A stretch of 64,000 nt of DNA from Lytechinus pictus (lineage: Eukaryota): positions 46,998,001-47,062,000 of the forward strand of contig NC_087251.1 in the NCBI RefSeq assembly GCF_037042905.1, in the 5' to 3' direction. This document shows positions 41,801 through 53,800 of the stretch, one piece after another. The notes under the pieces are model-generated. The model worked only from the letters and a program-made list of their open reading frames with translations. It was not told the DNA's origin and searched no databases. A program made the translations under genes and the position numbers. Each line of letters starts with the position of its first letter. Within the stretch, counting starts at the first letter, position 1.

Positions 41801-44800
41801 AAAATGTGCAAATCATGTTTACATTTTCACATAAGGACTCTGTGCCAGTTTCACCAACACTTTTAATAAATGAACTTCCTTCTCACAACTGATTTTATTT
41901 ACACGTATACTTAAAAATAAACTCAATTACTTCCATCCACTACATTGGTCAACATTTTGATGTAATGACATACAAGGCGGTTCAAGAGTTAGAACGACAG
42001 CAGCTAAAAGGCACCTAATAAATCGGGTGACACAACATCTGAATTTTGCCTAATGTGCTTCCTAATTTCCCCACAGACCACTGCCCTTGACCCTTAATTT
42101 TCATGTTGAAACAGGAGGGGAAATATGACAATATAGGCCTATAAGGGCTGGGGTGTGTTTCAAGAAAAATTCTATCACTGTTTTTCACGGACTAATTTGT
42201 TCTCAGCCAATCACATACAAGTATCTGCAGTAGCTTATAACATTTGTAACTGATTTTCACTGAATAACTTTCCCTAAAAGTTAACCTTGTTAACACTTAT
42301 AGGAGCCATAATAACATTATCAAGGGTAAGTTCAAGAGGGGTATATTCCATAATAGGAATTTCAAACTCCAGGAAAGAGAAAAGAAAACTTATTGGCGAA
42401 GAGCAGTGTATGCATGAAATGGTTCATATGCCAGCATTCTTGTCAAGACCCAAATATCGAGCACGGAGGAAAAAGGTATGCTGGGTACTCATCAAAAGAA
42501 AACTTATCATCTCATTGAATCATGATTACCAATCCCCACATCCATTCTAGCACATAAATAGTTGGGTTTTTTTTACAAATCTTATTTACACAGACAAGGA
42601 ATTAAGCCCCCGAACAATACAATTCTTATGACATTTCCATACACCTAAACATAGCGACACTGGCTTAATCTTAGCCAGATCCTGTGAGTATCAAAACAAA
42701 CAGACTTGAGTCAAAATCTATCAGATAATTTCAAATGTCACACCCTCCATCCGATACTGCAAAACCAAAATGTATTTTAATATACTGCTCAATCACCAAA
42801 GGATTTTAAGATTCACAGGTTATGAACTTCTCGTTGTGCCTCCAGCAATTACTGTTACAGAAATCTTGATTAAAATCTTCCCCCTTCCTCTCTCTCTCCT
42901 TCCATCACCCCCTCCCCCACTTCCATCTCGACCTACGCCCTTGCCGTGATCCCAGAGCAGAGCCAATAGGGAGCGGGTCAGTCTCCGCGGGATACTGCAT
43001 TCACCGATGGATAGGTAACTCAACACCTGGCACGCCGCGTAACCCTAAACGAAAAGGATCCAAGCTTGGTAACTCGACGCGCACTTCCCACTGGAGGAAA
43101 GCCAAAATGAGCCTAATTAGCGGTTCCCGTAACCTTGGTTTCCATCGCAAGACATCAGACCGGAGAACCGAAACCCTATCTTCTACAAAGCCGCGAGATC
43201 ACATCCTAGATAGCACCGCTAGACATCCTCACAGAATTGCAATGAAATTTGTTTCTAAAAGGGACAAAAGGGGGACATGCATGGGGATAACAATAAAAAT
43301 AAACCAAAGGAAATGAAACAAATGCTTATCTCTTGCAGCTATAAAACATAATTCTATTTTGTCTCATGAATATCAAGGTGTATCAACGTCCTTCCCGAGT
43401 GTACAGTATCTCTCTAGTGGATGGGGAGACAGTCTGAAGAAAAGGAGGTGTGACCCGCAGAACACTGACCTCTAAGGCAAGGGCCCACATTCTTAACTCT
43501 GGTTTAACCATGGTGTACAATTGCCATTTAGCTATGGGAAGCCAAATGTGGCAACAATCTCAAGAATAAGGTGATCAATTTATTATAACTTTTGTCATTC
43601 AAATTATTTGAAAAAAAATTCTCAAAATTATGATCCAAGTAAATACAAGAAGCATTACAGTAACAAACTCTCTACACACATAGATAGCTTCCCATAATTT
43701 TAGGCCAGACTTAGACCATGGCCTAAGTTAAACCTGGCTTCAGAATACAGGGCTATGTCTTTAAAACTGTAATTGATTCAAATAAATTAAAACTATGGAG
43801 AGCCAGCAATGTCATAAAGAAGGATGGTATAAATACCATTCCTTTGTCAAGAAATAAGGAGCACACTGATTGGGCGATTAATGGCACAAGCACAGACGAG
43901 AGTCTCTAATGGAACATCAAAGATAAAAAAAAAAACATTGGCAGGGGTTAAGCACATTAATTCTATATTTCTTACCATACATTCTATCCAATAAAGATTT
44001 TCTTTGAATTCTGAATATCTTACTGGCTGATTAAATGAAAAAAAAAATGATTGGAACATTTGTTCTATGGCCAGATTTTTTACATCAAGATTTCATGCCT
44101 GCATCACAGAAAATTGAAAAAAAAAAAACACTGATAGAAAGAGAATATATTCTAGGTCTTCATTAAAATCAATTTTTATAATTTCTAATCAGTAAGGATT
44201 TTGTTTGATTGGTGGAAACCTTATAAATAGTAATAAAAGAAGGACTGATGGACACTTTCAGTAATATAGCAAAGTATTTTCACATCTAGGTTTAATGTCA
44301 GCATAACAAACAGAATCAGAACATTGATGAATATGACAATGTATCTAGAGTTTTTAATTAAAACTATTCTGAACACCATATTATAGATTCTAGCCCATAG
44401 GGATTTTGTTCAAATCTTGAAATCCTTACTAGTCAGTTTTAAAATATAATTGATTGAAACTTTCGTTGTAATGCAATATTCTTCACATCAGGGTTTCAAA
44501 CCTGCATCACATAAAATAGAAACAGAACTCTGGTCAAAATGACGAATGTATTTTAGGTCTATATTATTAAAACACTTTTCAAAAAGTCCTTGGCACACTG
44601 ATGACATCACTGATTTTCATAAACTTTATAAAGAAGCTTGGATGTATTTCCTAAATTACTATTTCAAATGCCAAAGTATCAATAAGAGGCTTCCTAAAAA
44701 GATAATCTAAATGTGTATTTCCCTTTTTCTACATATGGAGTATGGTCAATAAAATATGTCATGGCCTGGTACCGTTTTACGTCATAGTCATCAATCAAAG

Positions 44801-47800
44801 TGTGATGAATTATCCTCACATCCTTGACAACTACTACAAGGTCCTGTTTCATAAACCGTATTATCAAGCAATGAAAGAGATACAACTTGATTTCGTTAAC
44901 GAAAGCTATATCACATCCTTGACAACTACAGGACTCACAAACCCTGTTATCAATGCTAACGTTACTGATTCAAGCTACTGTAAAGATGTGATTTGATTGG
45001 TCAACAACACATTTGTCAAATCCTTGACTACTGCAGAACCCTGTTTCATAAAATTTGTTATCAATTCTAACTTTACTGTTGTAAGGTACTGAAAAGATGT
45101 GATTTGATTGGTCATAGACTAAAAAACATTTGTTAATATTGTTAAGCTTTTTGAAAGAGGCCTAAATCTCATCTTCCGCTGACCTTCAACAATGTTTTAT
45201 TTCTGTAGGAAGTTCTCCCTGATTCTGATTTAGTTGTCTGTGATATTCAAGATTCAAAATTATGTTCTACACACTTTCAAATGTCCATCTTTTCCACATG
45301 AAATGATGTAAGAAAAGGGAAAAGGGGTGATAAGGAGAGAAAAAGAGAGAGAGAGATAACTCGTAAGGATTATAACTAAACTAATTGTTCTACCCATTCT
45401 AATCTGGATATAGCTTTTCAGGCTTAGTGATTCTATAAAAGCATTTTCCTGCACTATTCTGCAGTAAATGATTGGCTGCCACTTAAACAAATATAATAAT
45501 AACATTCCATGGTGTCTTTCTTGCTCCAGTAAGATATCAGTAAATAATGTCAACTCTTATTTCTTTCTTTCTTTCTTTCATTCATTCATTCATTCATTCA
45601 TTCATTCATTCATTCATTCATTCATTCATTCATTCATTCATTCATTCATTCATTCATTCATTCATTCATTCATTCATTCATTCATTCATTCATTCATTCA
45701 TTCATTCATTCATTCATTCATTCATTCATTCATTCATTCATTCATTCATTCATTCATTCATTCATTCATTCATTCATTCATTCATTCATCATTCATTCAT
45801 AACGTATTATTTAAACAGGGTAACCCCATCAGTAGTCCAATACTTTTGTATTTGGGGGCCCTGTATAACATAGAACAAAACAAAATACAAGCATATATAC
45901 AATACAAATGGAAAATGCAAATCTTCTTCCAGTTAATATTATCATCTGAAATACCAATACCACCACTAAGCTATAAAAAAAATGGGAAATTATATCAAAA
46001 TGACATTAAGGAAAAACACTAAATTTCCCATTCTGTCACAAACCACATTTGCATTTGCATTTAAAGCATAGGCAATTCGCCTTCCTTTCAATCAGCTGAA
46101 ATGGCATATTTGATGGGAAAGAAGATATGAGCTAAATCCAGTTGCAGGTTTTAAATATGGAATGTACTTGTACATACACACACAGGAATGGGAAGAGAAA
46201 CATGCTTGATTAAATAGGAGGGGTGAAGCCCCGCTAGTCCCCCATGACAGGTATATCACGGAGGAAATCATATTAAGATAAGGAAAATATGAAGGGCAAT
46301 CGCCGTTAATATTGACTACTAAACATCGTGCAACAACGTTTAAGACCGGCAAATAGGTTTGTACTCTCGGATGAATAAATTTGCAACGTTTCAGTTTATG
46401 GATGTTTTAGGAACATTAGAGGTTCTTCCGCACAGTTGGATAGCAGTGAATGAGATCATATCAAGATAATGCATGCAATGGTGTGCTAACACAGCAAATA
46501 TTGATCTTAAAACAAGAATATACATCAATGTATGACAAAATATTGTACGCAATACTGCTCAGGATAAATTCACGTCTTTAGATCACTTAATTTTGCCCCT
46601 CCCTCATATAAAAACTACTTGCAAAACAATTTCAAAAGTACCTTAAAATATGGTGATAATCCTTAAACTTGCAAGCCATTTAAATGATTTGTTTATTAAA
46701 TTTATTTTCTATTCATTTTAATTTATCAAATTTGTTTTTATCATTCTATTATCTATTCTTCTTCATTCATTTTTTATTTCCCGAGGGGATTCCAAAGAAG
46801 AATGAAAAGCACTTACAACGATCTGTGAATAAATTATCTTTTGTTTTATATACTCGAATCCCCCACCCCCACGTTAGGAATAACCATAAAATATAGCAAA
46901 ACCAAAGTGGTCCACATGACTACAACTTTTGCAACAGATTGTCGCATCATCACATTCGGTGTATAAGTCAATGGGATATGAAGCAGCATTTTTTTCAAAT
47001 AGGGTTCAAGACAAGACATTATTTTGCCACTTGGCAGCAATCAGATGTAAGCCAATTAAATCCCATAAAAGTGTGATGTCATGGGTTCTCTAATGCAACT
47101 TTAGAGAGAGAGAAAACAAAATTGTATAAGAGTTGATAGTTATCGGCGATTGAAAATCTGCTACAAATGACTTGCACCTGGAAATGAACCCAAATTCAGA
47201 AAGGAAGATTTATGCATTGATTACAAAATGCATAATTGAATAATTCCTCTTTATGCAGGTGCCTAATGAAATATGGCATTGAAGCGCAGCTTCCTATAAT
47301 AACTAGCTAAAAGACCTTAACATATTTTAGGGTGTCTTGAACAGTTGCCAGTTATCCATTGACATCTCTAAAGTATCTAAAGCATTGTGAAATCGTAAAA
47401 ATAGTTCTTGGCAAAAAAAAGTGTAAAAAAGCATTAAATGTGTACTGAAGAACTTTGAAAGCAATCACGACGAGTGTAATATAAGAAACCAGTTTATAAA
47501 ATGATATACTGCTTGCTTCTGTAATAGTGGTATAATCATATGACTTATTCAACTATCTTTGTATATATGACTTATTTATACTGTCACATGATTTTATGTT
47601 ATAATCATGACTTATTTACTGTCTTTGTATTCTTGTTAAACAATATGATATCTATATTTTGTCTCATGTAAAGTTCATACAGAACTGCATCACTTATGCA
47701 CTTAATAAGTATTTTCTGTTACCATCATTATCAAATACTTGAAATTTTCTTGAAACATTCGTGAGAATTAAGCCTCAGCTTGCACTTCTCTGCCATACTC

Positions 47801-50800
47801 TCAACACACTGAATTTGTTTAAAAAAAGGAAATAAACGTGACTCTCTTCTCAATCGAAACATGCTACTTCGTGAAAAGGATATCCATAGCTGCGAAGGGG
47901 TGGCAGCCCGGGCCTGCAGGGGCGACGGCGGTGGAATGAGGGTTGCTACGGCCACGCACCTGGCAGAGAAGCATGACTCACTGGAGCCGAGGGAGGGCGA
48001 GAGGAAGACAAAACTCCCCTCTGATACCGGCCTGAGGTGATGACAGGGGGCACCCTGGACCCCGTCTGGGCTGCAAGGGGGAAATCGAAAGGGGGGGGGA
48101 AAAGGGAGAGGACAATTATTTCTATTGCATCTGATTTCTTACATGTACCTGTGCTGCATTGTTGCTTTACAATGTTTTAGCCAGTGTATACTGATGGATG
48201 TATGGCAAGCCATTTTCTTATTTAATCTAATTTTTTTTAATCAACCATTCCATACTTGATATCAAGAATTGACTATGATGACATAATATACCAAGAAATC
48301 ATATTATTAATTACATCACAAGATCATTTTGCGTTGTTAACAAATATAAATACTTGATATCGCACATTTCATTCTTGATATCAGGAATTGACTTTGATAA
48401 CACAAAATGTCAAGAAATCAAATTCTTTATATCAAGAAACCATTTTGTATTAAATAACAGAAATAAATTCTTGATATTGCACATTTCATAACAAGAATTG
48501 CATTTTGGTTGCACCACAAAAAGAGCAACAATAAGAAATCAAATTATTTGTATCAAGAAACAATTTTGGGTGTTTAAAAGATGCCAATATAGAAAAGGAT
48601 TAAATAAGATTATAGCTTGCCATACATATGTCCACATACGCTGGCAAAATCACCCAGGTGTAACAGACTCCCTATCTGCAAGGCTTTTTTTCACCATCGC
48701 ATAGAATCAATAACATCTAAGATTATATCTAAGCTGCACTAGGCAATAACCGTCAATAAAATGATTGATCATTAAAACTGAAGATACTGACATTTTCAAA
48801 AGTGGGAATAATACTGAACCTTAATTCAATTTTCTTTCCATCATCAGTAAATATTCAGCATAACCTTGCATACACCATTGTCTTACATTTTGCATTGCTG
48901 AATCAGTATACCAGATTAATAAATTTGATCATTTACTTTCAAAATTTGGAGGAAATAAGATTTTTACTCTGACTTTCGTTTTATCAAAATTGAAAATTGA
49001 TCTAGATCCAGTGACCAGTTTAGTTAAAAATACGTTTATATATATATACCCTATTTATAATGGTGAAATAAGTTTATTTGTATTGGAACTTTTTTAAACC
49101 TTGACTGTTTGCATAGAGTGTACATTTGATTACATCAACAGTTATGTCTTTAGATCCACTCTGATAACTGGGGGCCCGCTGAGAGAACAGTTTTCGGAAC
49201 TGAAGTGGCTACCCTGGGTAAATATGCAGATATTATTATTATTATTAACTGGTAAATTGCCACTTTGGCCTACAACCACTTTATCTACTTTCCAATCGGT
49301 CTCATCCCACTTGGCCTAATCCTAGCTCATCTACGAGCTTTTTGGTTCATCCAATACTAGTAGCCCATTTACCATTTTGTATAATATCCAGTTAGGCTGG
49401 CAAGTCTATTTTATGTGAAGTGAATATAAACCAAATTTTCATTTGACAAAACGTAAAATAATAAAGCAGACGGAAGTGGAAAATGGAAATTAAACCAGAT
49501 CTGGATATTAAACTATAAAAAGGTTAAACCAAGTGAGTGATCACTATTTTCAGTCCTGCAATTAATTGGAAATTCATAGTAGTGGTCACACCACCAGAAC
49601 TTTGCTGGAGCGGTGAAAAAAATTTATCACTGCTCGTTACCATTCACCGTTTAACAGAAGTTGGCCACCGTTAAGGCAACGCTGTATACGCTCCGCCACC
49701 GCTGATGGTCCCTCCTACCGCTCTGAAAGTTTTGAGCTGCACAAAATATTGTGAGTGGTGAGGAGCGGGCAATTTTTCGGCTCCGGCAAAGTTCACCACC
49801 GCTCCAACAATGCCAAGTCAAAGTTTGGCACCACTAAATGCAAGTTCGTGGACACTTGGGTCCGCTAGGCCAACGCAAAATCTTGAACGCTGCGGTGATC
49901 AAATGTTGCACAAACTTTGGTGGAGCGGTTGTAAGCGTTTTACGAGCAGGCACGGGATTGCTGGAACGGTGTCGGGGACGTAGAAGCAGCGATCCATTGC
50001 GGTGATGAACTTTGGTTTGGCGTTGGTATGGAGGTGTCACTGCTAAACCAATGCTCGCTACCGTTAAACCAACGCTAAAGAAACAAAGGCTTTAGCGGTG
50101 CACCGCTAAAGCATTGCCGTGTTTTCGATTTTTCTTCCCATTTTGCGCGCGGTTGACGAGCGTCATCAAAATTCGACCCCCTCTCCCTACCATTCAAGGA
50201 ACGCTTAAACAAAGTTCGGGCGGTGTGACCATGGCTTTAGATTAACTGCCGATCTCCTTCTTGCAAGAAGGAGTGTGATCTGATTTGCCACAGATAAAAT
50301 TGATCTATAAATTGTATAAATGAAACAGAATATTTGCAACTGATTGCAAATATCTTCTTGCAACAACCCCAAAGTGATGCTCAGATCAAATGACAATTAG
50401 ACCAAACTGATAACAGACCAATGGAGTTTGGTCATCATGATGTAAGACATTCAGAGAATTGGACTGTATGCTAATAGATACAAGGGGGCACTTATATGCA
50501 ATCAATTCATCATAATCATATATATGAAAGCCATTTTTTAAAGGTCGAATACACCCCAGAAAAATGTTGATTTGAATCCAAAGAGAAAAATCAAACAAGC
50601 ATAACACTGAAAATGTCATCAAAATCGAATGTAAAATGAGGAAGTTATCACATTTAACATTTTCACCTTTTTTTCACAAAACAGTTTCATGCACAAATCA
50701 GTGATATGCAAATGAGAGTAAATGATGTCCCTCATTCACTATTTCTTTTTTGCTTTTGATTGTTTGAATTATTATTTTACAATAAGGACAAACTTGATTG

Positions 50801-53800
50801 AACCACAAAATATTGAAACACTGTGTCACGTGAAGTAAATTTGTTATGCCTTACTGCTACTTGACATCAAATGATGAATGTGTAAACATGTTGTATACAG
50901 TTCAATTCAGATTTGATGTCACTTCACATGACACACTGGTAGATCTGAAGTTCAGGGAGGAATAAAACTGAAAACTATGTTTCAAATGACAAAGAGGAGA
51001 AAACTCAAATATTTCATATAATAAAATGTAAAAGAAATAGTGACTTGGTGATGTCGTCAGTCCCCTCATTTGCACACCGACAGGGTTGTGCAATAAATGT
51101 TACATGTATGTAAAATTGAGTAAAACTTAGTTCTTTTTATCTAATTTTGATGAAATTTTCAGTGTTATGCTTGCTGGATTTTCCCCTTTTTATTCAAATC
51201 AATTTTTTGTTGGCGTGGAATTATCCTTTAAAGGAAGAGTGTCAGGGTTTTCGTTGTCATTCACGTACAAGGGGTGTGTGCCAAGAATTCACAATGACGC
51301 ATCTGGGGGGTCTTTCATGAAATAAATAGTTGTTGATTTTCATTGACAAATTTTCAATCAGCCAATCAGATGCAGGCATTCTGGTAGCTTTTAACAAGAG
51401 CCGATGAAAATCAAGGAGTGTGAAATGCTCTCCTGATGTCTACAGGGGAGGATGACGATAGGAGAGGTAATCCTAGAACCTTGTTCTTTTATCGATGATG
51501 ATCCACCTATCCTTTAGATTCCAAGAACCCAGCAGGTATGGAAGTCAAGGTTAAACATTTGCTACGGCACAGTTTAGTCACAAAATTAGACAAACTGTTC
51601 ACATTAAAAATTGTTGTCAGTATTCATATAAGTGAAACCTTATCTAGATATAAACCCTCAATTTCCAATCACATGGTGGTCAGGGCATTTTTTAGCTGAT
51701 GCCATGTACTAAAATATATTGCCAAGGATAATTTGTAGTTGATGTAATGTGCAAAAATAAATAGCGAAGGGTATCTTTTTCATTGATGTAACATGGACAA
51801 ATGGTGCTACATGTATGGGTGTTTCCGTGCCGTCGCAACAATTTATTCCGAGAACTCCGGAGGTAATTAAGGTTAATTGAACAAAATATACTGCTAGACT
51901 GCCAAACAGAGAATGCAACTGATTATTCAACGAAGACTGACTCACTAATTCAAAGGCGATTTTTGGCATTAAGCAATTGTTACTTTACAGTCCCCCCCCC
52001 CCCCGAACAACAACGAAAAAGAAAATATCCCTTCGAAATATTCTTTCATCACATGCAGCTAACGTAGTGACAACCCAGCTTTGCTATTCCAAGAACTCGG
52101 TATGTATTAAAGTCAAGGTAAATAGATTGTTGCCAGTCAGGTGAGTCAAGTATTCAAAGCAGAATGAGTCATATCAACAAAAGAACCAGGGCCCTGTTAT
52201 ACAAAGCTCAGCGATTGATTGTAACGATGATTTCTATGATCGATTGCATTGGTTATTGTGCATGATCAATTACAAAAATCAAACCCATGATTGATCACTT
52301 AGGTTTGCGTTTCAGGGCCTTGGTATCAAACCTACATGGTATTTCAAATATCTTGTAAAAAAAAAGTTAAAAAAAAAGTTTTCACATCAGTCTTAGTATA
52401 ATACCTAAACAAAGTTGGGTTTGCTATAAAGTATTATATAAATTTATGGTATATCTACATAAATTATTTTATCAAATACAATTGAAGCAAATGAAAAGTG
52501 TAATAACTGAGATCAGTAATAACACTGATCCTGTGGAACCATTATAGGCAAAATTTTCCACTTAATATTCATATTGCAGTAAAAATAAACAATTGTAGGT
52601 TGTTATGGAGGGGGAGGGGTCAACAAGTCTTCACATACCTTCATAATAAAATAATTTTATAGGTTACACAGTGAAACTGCACTAAAAATCCCCAAAAGAG
52701 AGCTTAAATTAAAAGGACTCTTGGGATCTGAAACAGAAATTTAAAACTGATAACTCATTCACCAGTGTTAGTCACTGGTAATGAGTCGATAATCATAAAA
52801 ATTCTCATATTTACAACTTAAATTAACACATCAAATTAACACATTTCTCCTATCTCTCTTTTCATAACAGACTGAATCTTTGGCACTAATTCTCATCCTG
52901 TATATCTAGCATTTCAATGCCTGCGAAGGCCATAAACAATGATTTCACTTGTCTCAGCCTCCTGACAAATTTCTGTGGAAATGCGAAGGCTTTTAGAATT
53001 GTTGCTTGTATCGTTTTTCGTTTCCATCAGCACCAGTGTTTATAAATAATCCTCCTTGTCTGGGATAAGTCGAGGGATAATACACCAGCTACTGCGGGAT
53101 ACAATGGAGAAGACAAGATATCCCGTCCTTGGACTTAAGAAAGAGGAAACAATCAAACTGCCTGTGAATCATTGTTTTCCCTCATCCCCCGATATTCCCC
53201 CTAGCGCCTGAAAATAACCTTCATTAGGAGCGGGCCGGGTGCTGATCTGTTAAAGACGCTATTACTCATGTGGCATATCTCCTGTATCCCCCGATAGACC
53301 GCGGAGGATATTATGAGATCATGCACACAATGGCTGATTTGCACGGTGCGATCGGTGCGCTGCTTTCATAGGAGGTGCACGAATAACAACGGGTGGGCCT
53401 CTTGCTATTCTCCATGGAGGATGCGTGGCTCAACCGGCCGTCCTCTTGGGGGAAGGCTCTAATTCGCTTCCCTCCTTATCGTAAGATCGTGTTCGGCTTG
53501 CGAAAACAGGCAGTATTTATGGTCAATTAAACAATTAAATGTAATAACAATGTAAACTAGTGATCAGGATGCATTTTGCGGGCTTTTATTTTTCACTTAG
53601 GAGTTAATTCAAGTGCCCAGGACAAAGAAAGAGTGCCATATATAATTCAGTTTTCTCAGAAACTTATATCCAGTACTTAAGCTCTATTAAATGGAATACC
53701 CTTTACTAAACATGGTCATTCGAAGATTAAAACAAATAGCTACTATTTGTAAAATAGGAGATGGTTAGAGACTTGATTATTTGTTAAGAAAAAGCAATCC

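Larger units (their letters stand above)
30477..47883 (-). other. U12-type (minor spliceosome) AT-AC intron, 17407 bp
   Basis: 5' splice site ATATCCTTTT (47883-47874); branch site TTCCCTTAATC (about 30497-30487) about 12 nt before terminal AC (30478-30477); no polypyrimidine tract; joining restores the frame (QLW|LSVYGP). Confidence 0.87.

Noticed and set aside
45468..46022. (FIHS)n ORFs
   Set aside because: Translations of the (TTCA)n microsatellite
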